From an uncultured archaeon (GTDB lineage Archaea > Asgardarchaeota > Lokiarchaeia > Sigyniarchaeales > SOKP01), in assembly GCA_964583985.1 (NCBI GenBank), contig CAZOYD010000001.1, positions 133,595 to 197,594 of the forward strand: a DNA stretch of 64,000 nt, written 5' to 3'. The position numbers and the translations under genes were made by a program. Shown here one piece after another: positions 27,553 to 38,158 of the stretch. Numbering within the stretch: position 1 is the first letter of the stretch; every line of letters begins with the position of its first letter. The notes under the pieces were generated by a model. The model was not told the origin of the DNA and made no database searches. It worked only from the letters and a program-made list of their open reading frames with translations.

Positions 27553-29307
27553 TTATACTTGCTTTTTAAAATCTAATATATTAGATTTTAGTGAATCTAA
27601 TTCAATAATAGGTACTATTCCTATTGTTGGATCTATACCAAAACTTCGCATAAAATCTGTTTGTGCTTGAAAGCATCCTGAGTTGATTAAGTTAACATTT
27701 CGATAACGACTAAATCCATTGATATGAAGATGTCCTGTATGAAAAATATCGGGAATCGTGTCGATTACAAGCCAATCCTTACTTGTGGGTGCAATTTGAG
27801 TCTTTCCACCATATATAGGGGCGAGATGCCTACAAATGAGCAATTCTTTCATCGTTTCAGTTGGATTTTTTATATCTAAATCAGGAACGGACATATTTAA
27901 ATCATGCATACTTTCCCCATGAAAAATAAGGGTTTGAACACCATGTGTACTAATTAAAGAAGGATTGCCTAAACATTTTACTCCTAAATCTACTAAACCC
28001 TTGCAATATTTTTTAGGAACGGCGGGTCTTGCGATAGCATTTCTCACGGGTTCGTGATTACCAGATACATAGAAAATCTTAATATATTCAGGTATTTCCT
28101 CAATAAATTCTGTAGCTTTATCGTATTGTTTATAAATATCTGATATGAGAAGATCTTCATTCTGATTGGGATATACACCTATTCCATCAACTAAATCTCC
28201 GTTAATAATCAAGTATTTAATTTTTCCTGCTAATGTTCTTATTTTATTATTCCCAACTTTTCCATTTAAGAATTGGATGAACTTATGGAATACTGCTTCT
28301 TCAAATTCCTTACTTCCTATGTGAGTATCAGAGATTAAGCCAACAGCAAGAGGTTCAGTAGCTTTATTAGGTTGAAAATTAGTAGGAATATCAATTTTCG
28401 TGAAATTATTTGCAAATATTATCCCCTTGCTTTTAGAATCACTTGGATTATATACCCCTTCCACATATATCATTTGGTCATTGATGATCCGTTCAGCTCT
28501 TTTCAATTGACTGAGATCATCATTATTTTTCTTGATTAATACATTAATTTCTCCTGTTAAATCTTCTAATAATAAAAGATAATTTTTGTTTTTTGTTATT
28601 CGTATATTTTTGACCAATCCCATTGTAGATACTTCAGCATTGTTAGATAATCTGATTATTTTTTCAATATTAGTTGCTGATAGTACTTCAGTTCGATTTC
28701 TCATCAATTCACGCAATGAATTGTATTTATCTACAGTCATCTCATAGAAATCATCGAAAGATCCATTTGTAAACAATTTACCATTTGGATCTTTTAAAAT
28801 CTTATCTTCAAATTCATAATTTTTCGCTATGGGATTAAATGAAAGTGATGATTTTGCAGAATCAAATTGTTTGATTTTTAATTGTTGTTTTATTGCAGGA
28901 GGAGAATCAATAACTATTGATTTAGTTATTTTTGCTTTAGGAATACTAATAGCATTTTGAGTGTTTATTGAATTTGAAACTTCGTTTAGAATTGGAGTTT
29001 GAATATCTACTTGATTATTAGTCATATTATTTTCATTTAAATTAGCTCTATCATTTATATTTAATTTTAGATTCTCTCTTTTTAGCACGTTTTGAATTTC
29101 TTCATTTGAAACTTTTTGCATTACATCTATAGTAAGATGTCCGTTAAACGTGGGAATATTATTCATATCTTGTATTATTGTATTAGTTTTAATCAACGGG
29201 TTTTCCAATTTCATAATGATCTCTATAGATTTGGGAGAAATATTTATGCCAGAATTTGCTAATCTATTTACCAATACCTTCTTTTGTGACAGATACTCTT
29301 GATCCAA
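27553..29307 (-). CDS. DNA polymerase D small (proofreading) subunit DP1
   Basis: OB fold; ISDTHIGS, GDLVDGIGVYP, GNHE, RHLAPIYG and HTGHLH. Confidence 0.96.
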   Translation of the reverse strand: MDQEYLSQKKVLVNRLANSGINISPKSIEIIMKLENPLIKTNTIIQDMNNIPTFNGHLTIDVMQKVSNEEIQNVLKRENLKLNINDRANLNENNMTNNQVDIQTPILNEVSNSINTQNAISIPKAKITKSIVIDSPPAIKQQLKIKQFDSAKSSLSFNPIAKNYEFEDKILKDPNGKLFTNGSFDDFYEMTVDKYNSLRELMRNRTEVLSATNIEKIIRLSNNAEVSTMGLVKNIRITKNKNYLLLLEDLTGEINVLIKKNNDDLSQLKRAERIINDQMIYVEGVYNPSDSKSKGIIFANNFTKIDIPTNFQPNKATEPLAVGLISDTHIGSKEFEEAVFHKFIQFLNGKVGNNKIRTLAGKIKYLIINGDLVDGIGVYPNQNEDLLISDIYKQYDKATEFIEEIPEYIKIFYVSGNHEPVRNAIARPAVPKKYCKGLVDLGVKCLGNPSLISTHGVQTLIFHGESMHDLNMSVPDLDIKNPTETMKELLICRHLAPIYGGKTQIAPTSKDWLVIDTIPDIFHTGHLHINGFSRYRNVNLINSGCFQAQTDFMRSFGIDPTIGIVPIIELDSLKSNILDFKKQV

Positions 29308-29577
29308 TATTTAATCTCTCGAGATAGAAATTATAATATCTATTGCTATGAATAATTATATTGTTTATTATTAAAGAACAAACATCTCATCTTATAATTT
29401 AAGAGAGTGTGTCATTTCAATCGATTTATTTAAAAATCAGCCATCTCATTTGGTTATTAAAGAAAGTTTCGAATTATCCTATTAATAATTTCATTTATTT
29501 TTTCAAGATTTATTAATACAATATAATCATAATTAATTTTGTTTATTGGATTCATTTCATAGCAATATCATACCATT

Positions 29578-32500
29578 ATGTCAGATGCAAGTAAAAAGAT
29601 GCAAGAATATTTTGCAATAATTCAGCAACATGTAGATCATTGTTATAAAATTGCTGAAGATGCCCGCCAGAAAGGTTTAGATCCCGAAACTTTTGTAGAA
29701 TCACCACAAGCAAAAGATTTGGCTGGAAGAGTCGAAAAGCTTGTAGGTCCTGAAGGTGTTGGTGGTTTGATCCGAAAATTAAAAAATACGGGGAAATCAG
29801 ATGATGAGATTGTCTTTCAAGTAGTTTCTGATATTTTAGAAAAAAAAATCGGAAATATTGAATCCTTAGATGAAAGAGTGGAACGTGCGATTAGAGTAGG
29901 ATTAGCAATAAAGACAATGGGGGTTGTAAGTGCTCCGCTTGAAGGAATATCTAAGATTAAAATTAGAAAAGATAATAATGGAAAATCTTATCTGTCTCTC
30001 TTTTTTGCTGGACCAATTCGAGCTGCAGGAGGTACAACAGCTGCTTTATGCGTTCTAATTGCAGATTATGTGCGAAAAAAGTCTAATATTCCTAAGTATG
30101 AGGCTACTGAAGCAGAGATTGGGCGGTATGTAGAAGAAGTTAAATTATATGATCGTAGAGTCCATCTTCAATACCCTTCATCAAATGATGAAATACGATT
30201 TGCTGTTGAGCACTTACCAATTGAGATTAATGGAGATTCAACCGAAGATGAAGAAGTTTCTGCTTTTCGGGATCTTCCCCGAGTAGATACTAATAAAATC
30301 CGTGGAGGTGCGTGTTTAGTCTTGAATGATGGTATCCTTCTGAAAGCACCAAAATTAATGAAAATTGCCACGAGTATGAGCCTAGAAGGATGGGAATGGT
30401 TAAATTCTTTGAAAAAAATTGCTCAAAGGATAGAAGATTCTGATAAAAAAGAAATTACTAATCAAAACGAAATACCTCCTAATTCTAAATATGTTTCAGA
30501 TATTATAGCTGGAAGACCTGTTTTCAGTTATCCCTCTCGTATTGGAGGGCATCGAATTCGCTATGGTAGATCTAGAAATACGGGTCTTGCAGCTGCAGGT
30601 ATGCATCCTGCAACTATGACATTATTGGATAATTTTGTAGCAATTGGTACCCAATTAAGAATAGAGCGACCAGGAAAGAGCGCAAGCATTTGCCCTGTAA
30701 ACTCAATTGAGCCTCCAATAGTGAAATTGAAAGATGGAAGTGTCATTAAAGTTAAAACTAAGGAAAAAGCAATGCGTGTTTTTCCAGAAGTTGAAAGCAT
30801 TCTTTTTTTAGGGGATATATTGTTCGGTTTTGGAGAATTCGCGGAAAATAACCATAAATTAATCCCATCGGGTTATGTTGAAGAATGGTGGGCATTAGAA
30901 TTAAAAAATGTACTCCTAAAAGAAGAAAATAAATCTCAAAAACTAAATTCTTTCATACAAGACCCGTTCAACAATCTTCCTTCAGCAGAGGAGGCAATAA
31001 AATTATCACGTGATTTAAAAATCCCTTTACACCCATTTTACACTGACTATTGGGGTAATGTTTCTATTATTGATTTAAAACTACTTCGAACAGCTATGCG
31101 GGAAGGTTTTGATGAGACGGCAAACAAAATTTATTTAAAAAACGACCCAAAAATTAAAGAAGTTTTAGAAAAAGCTTTTGTTGTTCATTTGGTTAAGGAT
31201 GGAGTTATTGAATTTAGTAGAGCTAAGAATTATATTTTTCAATTTATTTTTGATCTTTTAAATCCAGATCAAACATCCTTGGAAGAGTGTAGTGATAGTT
31301 TTTCTTATTTTAAGCTTAGATCAGGCCTTGAAATACGAAATAAAGCTCCTTATTATATGGGGACTAGAATGGGACGTCCCGAAAAATCTGAACGAAAATC
31401 TATGAAGGGAGTTCATTCATTGTTTCCGTTAAGTGATAGCGTGGGAAATCAACGATTAGTTGAGAAAGCTATCGAGCTTGAAAAAATTAAAATTGATGTT
31501 GGTAGAAAAAAATGTCCCATCTGTCATTCTGTTTCTTTATTCAATAAGTGTCCAAAATGTGGAAGTCATACCGAAATACAAAAGATTTGTGTGAAATGTA
31601 AAAAGACATATCCTAAGAATAGTGACAAATGCTCTCAATGTGGTCAATCATTAAGCTTTTCAAATGAAGCAACTCTTAACTTTAAAAATTATATCAATTC
31701 TGCTCTCTTATCATTAGGATTAACTTTACCTAGAAAATTTAAAGGAATTTTTGGATTAACCAATCAATTTAAACTTCCTGAACCTATCGAAAAAGGGATA
31801 TTAAGAGCAAAGAATGGTTTATTAGTATATAAAACGGCAGAAATACGATATGATGCTACTGATATACCATTAACCCATTTTAAACCTAAAGAGATTGGCA
31901 CATCTATCAAAAAGCTTAAGGAGTTAGGATATGAATATGATTATCAAGGTCATCCATTAGTAGAAACTGACCAAGTGGTTGAATTAAAAGTTCAAGATAT
32001 TTTGTTATCGGAGGATTGCGCTAAATACTTTATACGACTTGCAAAATTTTTAGATGATGAGCTTGAAAATTTTTATAAATTAAAACGATTTTATAATGTT
32101 TCTGAAATAGATGATTTAATTGGCCATTTAGTTGTTGGTTTAGCCCCTCATACCAGTGCAGGTATCATTGGGAGAATAATTGGTACTTCACCAGCAAGGT
32201 CTATTTATGCTCATCCCTATTGGCACGCAGCGAAGCGTCGTAACTGCGATGGTGACGAAGATGGTATAATGCTTTTACTTGATCCATTATTAAATTTTTC
32301 CAGATATTACTTACCTAGTAAGATTGGGGGAAGAATGGATGCAACGTTAGTAATTTCTACTAAATTGGATCCGAATGAAATTGATGGGGAAGCACATAAC
32401 ATCGATACATTATACGATTATCCTTTAGCATTCTATGAAGCAACTCAAGAGTTTGCATCACCTCAAGAAATTGAAGATATTATGAGCTTGGTGAAGCATA

Positions 32501-33003
32501 GATTAGGTACAGAAAAACAATATGAAGATCTGGGATATAATATTCCCACGGATGATATTAATGAAGGTCCATTGATCACAGCATATAAAACTCATGAAAA
32601 TATGGAAGATAAGATTGATGCTCAATTACACCTTGCAAAAATTATTAAAGCTGTTGATGCAAAGAAAGTTGCTGAAAAAATACTATCAACGCATTTCAAT
32701 CCAGATATATTGGGAAATTTACGTAAATTTTCAGTCCAAGAGTTTAGATGTGTTAAATGTAATGAAAAGTTTCGGCGACCTCCAATATCTAATAACGGAA
32801 AATGTCCAAAGTGTGGTAAAAAAGTGATCCTTACTGTAAATAGTGGAGGTATAGAAAAATATATTCCCAGAGCTCAAAAACTATGCAAAGATTTCGATCT
32901 TGATCATTATACCATTCAAAGAATGGAATTAATCGAACAATATGTAGAAAGTTTAACTAATAATCCAAAAATAAAACAACAAAAATTATCAGATTTTTTT
33001 TGA
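29578..33003 (+). CDS. DNA polymerase D large subunit DP2 (no intein)
   Basis: AGPIRAAGGT, RYGRSRNTG, RMGRPEK and HAAKRRNCDGDED; C-terminal Zn fingers. Confidence 0.97.
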   Translation: MSDASKKMQEYFAIIQQHVDHCYKIAEDARQKGLDPETFVESPQAKDLAGRVEKLVGPEGVGGLIRKLKNTGKSDDEIVFQVVSDILEKKIGNIESLDERVERAIRVGLAIKTMGVVSAPLEGISKIKIRKDNNGKSYLSLFFAGPIRAAGGTTAALCVLIADYVRKKSNIPKYEATEAEIGRYVEEVKLYDRRVHLQYPSSNDEIRFAVEHLPIEINGDSTEDEEVSAFRDLPRVDTNKIRGGACLVLNDGILLKAPKLMKIATSMSLEGWEWLNSLKKIAQRIEDSDKKEITNQNEIPPNSKYVSDIIAGRPVFSYPSRIGGHRIRYGRSRNTGLAAAGMHPATMTLLDNFVAIGTQLRIERPGKSASICPVNSIEPPIVKLKDGSVIKVKTKEKAMRVFPEVESILFLGDILFGFGEFAENNHKLIPSGYVEEWWALELKNVLLKEENKSQKLNSFIQDPFNNLPSAEEAIKLSRDLKIPLHPFYTDYWGNVSIIDLKLLRTAMREGFDETANKIYLKNDPKIKEVLEKAFVVHLVKDGVIEFSRAKNYIFQFIFDLLNPDQTSLEECSDSFSYFKLRSGLEIRNKAPYYMGTRMGRPEKSERKSMKGVHSLFPLSDSVGNQRLVEKAIELEKIKIDVGRKKCPICHSVSLFNKCPKCGSHTEIQKICVKCKKTYPKNSDKCSQCGQSLSFSNEATLNFKNYINSALLSLGLTLPRKFKGIFGLTNQFKLPEPIEKGILRAKNGLLVYKTAEIRYDATDIPLTHFKPKEIGTSIKKLKELGYEYDYQGHPLVETDQVVELKVQDILLSEDCAKYFIRLAKFLDDELENFYKLKRFYNVSEIDDLIGHLVVGLAPHTSAGIIGRIIGTSPARSIYAHPYWHAAKRRNCDGDEDGIMLLLDPLLNFSRYYLPSKIGGRMDATLVISTKLDPNEIDGEAHNIDTLYDYPLAFYEATQEFASPQEIEDIMSLVKHRLGTEKQYEDLGYNIPTDDINEGPLITAYKTHENMEDKIDAQLHLAKIIKAVDAKKVAEKILSTHFNPDILGNLRKFSVQEFRCVKCNEKFRRPPISNNGKCPKCGKKVILTVNSGGIEKYIPRAQKLCKDFDLDHYTIQRMELIEQYVESLTNNPKIKQQKLSDFF

Positions 33004-34179
33004 TGTAGATGATATTGAATCGATTTTACGTAAGGTTTCCAAACTAATTTTTAAAGCATTATTTAAATTTTGAACATTGCATTTATCGGGGGTGTCTTTT
33101 GCAGAATGGATGTACTTTACATCCTTAGCAGAGTGAAAACAAGCAACTTGAAAATCTGATTTGGTTTTTTTTGCAAATTTTAGAAAGATCTTATGGTCAG
33201 TTTTTGAAGTAATCAATTGATCGTGTTTAATTATTGATATTCCTAAATTTGTTGCGGTATCCTCAATAATTTCATTAAGTGTTTGATTGAGAACCTTTTT
33301 GTGGAATAAGCCTGTTTTGTTGAGTAAACCAATGTATGTACCAACCATATCAAAATTTATATTGAGGGATTTATCAAGATCATATTTATCTAATAATGAT
33401 TTTCGATTTCGGTTACAAAACCTTTTTGCTCCAATTAATCCCCATTCTTCTGCTCCTGTGAAAATTATAATAACATTCATATTATCTAAAGGAGTCTCAT
33501 TTAATTTTTTAGCCATTTCAAGTAATATAGAAACCCCACTTGCATTATCAATAGCACCCATTGATCTTTTAGTATTATAGATCAGTAAGAAAATTAAGAA
33601 AAAGATGAAAAATTCTATTATAGATGACATATAAATGAAATCCGACTGAAATACAAACATATTAAAATCCGTGAGCACCCAGAGTGAGAAGATTAATTTG
33701 ATCATAAAATATGGAATTATTACCATCTTAAAAATAAAAAACAAGGAATTCTGAAGTCTATATGGAAGATTAGATGAAAATGAATCGTAATGAGCCGTGA
33801 GTATTACAACGGGATTTTTTTTTCTTCGAAAATTTGCTGGTATTATCGTTATCAAATTTTTTGAACTTTCTGCCTTTATCAATGAATAGTTTCGAGTAGT
33901 AGCAAATAAATATTTTATAGAAAAGTAAAGAGCAATGACAATTAATAATTTAAAAATTATTAGATAAATAAAGATAACTATATATACAAGTCTCATTAAT
34001 ACTTTTCTTGGTCCCATATATGTAAAATATTCAAAATGATGATCAATATCATCTTTATTTAACTGATCGCGAATATAAAAAACTGCTTTTGTTTCACCCT
34101 CTGAACCGCTAGATCTATTAAATGCCAAGGAGTTTACATGATTAATGGTTGCTACGGGATCATCTAATATTAAAGTCAT
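32989..34179 (-). CDS. M28-family metallopeptidase with transmembrane insertions
   Basis: AHYDS, GAIDNASG, GAEEWG, NFDMVG, TDH and YIHS. Confidence 0.85.
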   Translation of the reverse strand: MTLILDDPVATINHVNSLAFNRSSGSEGETKAVFYIRDQLNKDDIDHHFEYFTYMGPRKVLMRLVYIVIFIYLIIFKLLIVIALYFSIKYLFATTRNYSLIKAESSKNLITIIPANFRRKKNPVVILTAHYDSFSSNLPYRLQNSLFFIFKMVIIPYFMIKLIFSLWVLTDFNMFVFQSDFIYMSSIIEFFIFFLIFLLIYNTKRSMGAIDNASGVSILLEMAKKLNETPLDNMNVIIIFTGAEEWGLIGAKRFCNRNRKSLLDKYDLDKSLNINFDMVGTYIGLLNKTGLFHKKVLNQTLNEIIEDTATNLGISIIKHDQLITSKTDHKIFLKFAKKTKSDFQVACFHSAKDVKYIHSAKDTPDKCNVQNLNNALKISLETLRKIDSISSTSKKI

Positions 34180-34313
34180 TGTTTATAAAGTAATTTAATT
34201 TTAAAAGATAAGTCTTATTTTGAATACTAATGTGATAGTCAACTATTAAATCTAACTTTTATTTTTCAACAACAATAAAGAAAATAAAAATGTACATAAA
34301 TAATGGACAAAAA

Positions 34314-34425
34314 TGCAGGAGGAGGGATTCGAACCCTCGAACTCCTATGAGACTAGAACCTCAGTCTAGCACCTTTGATCTCCAGAGGTCAAATCTCTGG
34401 TTTGACCAGGCTTGGCGACTCCTGC
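34314..34425 (-). tRNA. tRNA-Leu(GAG) with 27-nt D-loop intron
   Basis: Acceptor GCAGGAG/CTCCTGC, anticodon arm CTAGA-CTGAGGT-TCTAG, long variable arm and GAGGG-TTCGAAT-CCCTC; hairpin insertion at about 34374-34405. Confidence 0.9.
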
Positions 34426-34658
34426 TAAGATCTATCAGATTTTATCAAACGTTGCTATGATTGTTTTGAATCCTTTAGTGGCAATGCATCACATACTCCG
34501 TTAAATTGAAATGAAACAACCATAGATGGAAAAAATCATTATAATCAAGATTTTATATTTTTAAAAATCAAGATTAATTTCATAAAATAAGAGAAATTTT
34601 AAAAACCTTTTTTTAAAGATAAAAAATATTTAAAATAATATTATTTTGAGGATAAGTT

Positions 34659-35459
34659 ATGATAGAAAATAAATACATTGAAGTAGAACATGTTAAAGGG
34701 ATGAGATATGTAATTTTATCCTTTAATCGCCCTAATAATTTGAATGCATTTAATTACGCGCTTATTAATGAGTTTTGTGATTCGTTAAGAACATTATTAA
34801 AAGAGAATTCCATCAGTTGTGTAATAATTACAGGAAAGGGAAAAGCGTTTAGTGTGGGAGGAGATATTATTGAGTTTAAAGAATATGCAGATCCTATCGA
34901 ATCAATGGCGAAAATGGCGGCAAAATTACATGAAGGGGTTCAATTAATTAAGAAGGCAAAAATTCCTATTATAGCTGCTATCAATGGACCCTGTTTTGGA
35001 GCGGCTTTAGGTTATGCGTGTTCATGTGATTTAAGATATTGTAATGAAAAAGCAACATTTGGGGCTGCTTTTACGGGAATAGGGCTTTCTCCTGATAGTT
35101 CTACCTCTTTTCATTTACCTAAAATTGTTGGATATTCACTAGCATCAGAAATGATATTGTTGAATCGTATTTTGACATCCCAAGAAGCCCAACATTATGG
35201 ATTAGTAAATAAGAGATTATCCTTAAATGAAAACTTTATTGAAGAGGTAAAGAAAATAGCATTACAGTTGAGTAAAGGACCTATTAAAGCTTATCAAGCA
35301 AGTAAGATTTTAATCCAAAAGTCATACCGCAATGATCTCGAAACACATTTAGAAGAAGAGGCTAAAAATATTGAGATATGTGCAGGAACTAGGGATTTTC
35401 TGGAAGGATTAGATGCATTTATTGAGAAGAGAAAACCAAATTTTAAGAACAAAAATTAA
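34659..35459 (+). CDS. Enoyl-CoA hydratase/isomerase family protein
   Basis: FNRPNNLNA, AFSVGGD, IAAINGPCFG, GLSPD and FIEKRKPNF. Confidence 0.92.
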   Translation: MIENKYIEVEHVKGMRYVILSFNRPNNLNAFNYALINEFCDSLRTLLKENSISCVIITGKGKAFSVGGDIIEFKEYADPIESMAKMAAKLHEGVQLIKKAKIPIIAAINGPCFGAALGYACSCDLRYCNEKATFGAAFTGIGLSPDSSTSFHLPKIVGYSLASEMILLNRILTSQEAQHYGLVNKRLSLNENFIEEVKKIALQLSKGPIKAYQASKILIQKSYRNDLETHLEEEAKNIEICAGTRDFLEGLDAFIEKRKPNFKNKN

Positions 35460-35592
35460 ACTTATAACCTCGATTTAATCATCTTTATAGCAGGACTCTG
35501 AGCATTTTTTAGGTAATATGTATATATTTTAAATAAAGCTTTTTATTATGTAATTTTAATTACTATTATATTTAGAGAAGATTTGTGCACTC

Positions 35593-36606
35593 ATGTCAGT
35601 CGATACAAAAAAATTACAAGCATTATTAAAATGGTACATGCAAAGTATTGGAGAAAATTTAATAGCTGTTATTATAGTCAATCGAGAGGGATTAATTATC
35701 GATAGAATTTTTAGCTCGTCAGAAAATCAATTAGATGAGGAAATAGTTAGTGGAGTAACTGCTCTAGTTGAGCCTGTTTTGACAAGGATCACAAAAGAAT
35801 TTAGTTCTGGCTCATTTGGTACAGGAACATTCGATACTGAAGAATATAGATTGATTTTTTGTGAAGCTGGTCCTGAGGCTGTATTAGTTACTATATTGGA
35901 TGCAATCGCTGGAGTTGATCCAGTCTTCCCATATGCTTATTTAGCCGCAGAAAAGATTGCTCGAATTTTTGATGGAAGAACCGTAAGTCCTGTCATACCA
36001 AAATTAATTTCTGAAAAAAAAGTTCAAAATATTCAAAAAAAAGTAAATCAACTCCAAAAAATAAAAGTACAATCTGGAGAATATGCTTTCAAATTAATCC
36101 TTGGAGGTGACGGAGCTGTTGGCAAAACATCTATGGTTCATCGTTTTGTCGAAAACACCTTCGCAAAAGATTATAAATCAACTATTGGAACTTCAATAAT
36201 GAAGAAAGAATGCGAATTTGATGGATTAGAAAGCATTGTTCGATTTGTACTCTGGGATCTCGCGGGACAGGCCCAATTTAAGAAAGTTAGACAGTCATAT
36301 TTATCAAATGCTGAAGCAGGTATCTTAGCATTCGATGTCACTAATCCACTATCATTTCAGAATATTGAAAATTGGCATAAAGAAATCCTTTCTGCTTCCC
36401 CTAACATATCACTTATTTTAGTAGGGAATAAGATTGATTTAGAAGATAAAAGAGTAATTTCCAGAGATGATGGGGAAAAAAAAGCTGAAAAACTTGGAAT
36501 TCCTTACATTGAGACATCCGCGAAAACTGGTGAAAGTATTAATGATGCTTTTAGAATGCTAGCACTACAGATGATAAAAAAATATCTTATAGCTGAAGAG
36601 ATATAG
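35593..36606 (+). CDS. Roadblock/longin-like domain fused to a C-terminal Rab-like small GTPase
   Basis: IIVNREGLII; GDGAVGKT, YKSTIG, WDLAGQ, GNKID and ETSAK. Confidence 0.88.
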   Translation: MSVDTKKLQALLKWYMQSIGENLIAVIIVNREGLIIDRIFSSSENQLDEEIVSGVTALVEPVLTRITKEFSSGSFGTGTFDTEEYRLIFCEAGPEAVLVTILDAIAGVDPVFPYAYLAAEKIARIFDGRTVSPVIPKLISEKKVQNIQKKVNQLQKIKVQSGEYAFKLILGGDGAVGKTSMVHRFVENTFAKDYKSTIGTSIMKKECEFDGLESIVRFVLWDLAGQAQFKKVRQSYLSNAEAGILAFDVTNPLSFQNIENWHKEILSASPNISLILVGNKIDLEDKRVISRDDGEKKAEKLGIPYIETSAKTGESINDAFRMLALQMIKKYLIAEEI

Positions 36607-36739
36607 AGCCCCTGGGGGGAATTATTCAATCCGGAAGACGTTTCACGTAGTTTTTGAACCCCCGATCTACAGATTACGAATCTTTAGCATCCCCATATAA
36701 AAAGATGAGAATGTTGCTATACCGCTAAGCCACAGAGGC
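36607..36739 (-). tRNA. tRNA-Thr(CGT) with two introns (anticodon stem and T-loop)
   Basis: Acceptor GCCTCTG/CAGGGGC with U discriminator; ACA[29 nt]GA-TTCGTAA-TCTGT; GGGGG-TTCAA[32 nt]TT-CCCCC; spliced length 72 nt. Confidence 0.85.
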
Positions 36740-36788
36740 ACAAGATTTGTTTAATAAATATAATATAAAACAATTATAAAATTTTTCC

Positions 36789-37805
36789 ATGTCAAATTCT
36801 AGCAAACTAAAGGAAATCGGTGAAAAAAACCTAATTTTAATTATAGAGGATATCATTTTTCAAAAAACAGGTACCCATCTCCTAAAGGATGATTCTTTTT
36901 TTTACAAATTTGACAATTATTTTCCCGATAACATCTTAGTCTTCAATTCTGATATGTTTGTTTCAACAACTGATGCACCAAGTGAAATGACTTTTTATCA
37001 AATGGGTCGCAAATCTATTTTGATGAATATCAGTGATTTAGTTGTAAAGGGAGTTCATCCCATTGGTGTTTTCATTTCAATTGGATTACCTCCTAATCTT
37101 GATGTTAAATCATTTAAAGAATTAATAGAAGGAGTGGTTGATTACTGCTACAGATGGAATATCAACTATATTGGAGGAGATATGAACATGACAAATGAAA
37201 TCATCATAAATCCAACAGTTTTTGGATATGAGGATCCTAATAAAATTATTTACAGAAAAGGGATAGAAAATTCCGATATTTTAATTAGTACTTCGAAATT
37301 TGGATTAACAGGGGTAGGTTTTGAAATTTTACTAAACCGGTACAAAGATTTAGATAAATATATTAGTTTTGAAAGATCTATTAATAGTGTCTTAGAGCCT
37401 CATCTTGATGACAATATTGCATTTATTTTAGCAAAAAACCGACTTTCTACGGCTAGTATTGATTCATCAGATGGTTTGGCAAGATCTTTAAGAGATTTAA
37501 TGTTATCAAACCCAGGTATAGGTTTTGATATAAATTTTAATGAAAACTTGATTGATGATGAGGCTCAATCATTTTCAACTATGACTGATCTCCCACTTGA
37601 AGATTTAATTTTCAATGCTGGTGAAGAATTTATTCATTTATTCACGATATCTCCCAGTAATTATGATGAAGCAAAAAGAATTATTGAATCGGAAAAGAAG
37701 AAGATTTTTGTTATAGGTAAAGTCAATTCAGAGGGTAAAATTTACATCATTCATAAAAAAAAAAGAGAGGAATTACAAACTAAGGGATTTGAACACTTCT
37801 TATAG
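36789..37805 (+). CDS. thiL: Thiamine-monophosphate kinase
   Basis: MNISDL, IGGD, IDSSDGL and GEEF. Confidence 0.92.
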   Translation: MSNSSKLKEIGEKNLILIIEDIIFQKTGTHLLKDDSFFYKFDNYFPDNILVFNSDMFVSTTDAPSEMTFYQMGRKSILMNISDLVVKGVHPIGVFISIGLPPNLDVKSFKELIEGVVDYCYRWNINYIGGDMNMTNEIIINPTVFGYEDPNKIIYRKGIENSDILISTSKFGLTGVGFEILLNRYKDLDKYISFERSINSVLEPHLDDNIAFILAKNRLSTASIDSSDGLARSLRDLMLSNPGIGFDINFNENLIDDEAQSFSTMTDLPLEDLIFNAGEEFIHLFTISPSNYDEAKRIIESEKKKIFVIGKVNSEGKIYIIHKKKREELQTKGFEHFL

Positions 37806-37946
37806 CCAATCGTTAATCTTAAAACAAGAAATTTTAGCGGTATTGAATGTAAAGAAAAAGTTTTAAATTAGGATGGATTTTTTCTAATACAATTTTAATA
37901 TTTTAAATGATAGAAGTTTCTATTTTTAAAAAATTTGTCATGATAT

Positions 37947-38050
37947 GGGCCATTAGCGCAGGCAGGTAGCGCGGCAGGCTTTTAACCTGAAGGTCGTGGG
38001 TTCGATATGCTCGTTCGAATAGAATGGGTGCGAAATTCCCACATGGCCCG
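37947..38050 (+). tRNA. tRNA-Lys(TTT) with 30-nt T-loop intron
   Basis: Acceptor GGGCCAT/ATGGCCC, CAGG-CTTTTAA-CCTG and GTGGG-TTCGA[30 nt]TT-CCCAC. Confidence 0.9.
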
Positions 38051-38158
38051 TTAATATTTTATTCTTTACAGAAACGAGATTTTTACTTTCCATATTAAAT
38101 TAAAATAATTTGCTTTCTTTACATATACAAACAAAAATAATTTTACATTTCATTCAAA

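Noticed and set aside
29578-33003. Inteins in DP2 (also checked RtcB, Cdc6, RpoB and NrdD)
   Set aside because: Protein lengths are normal and the motifs at the usual insertion sites are contiguous
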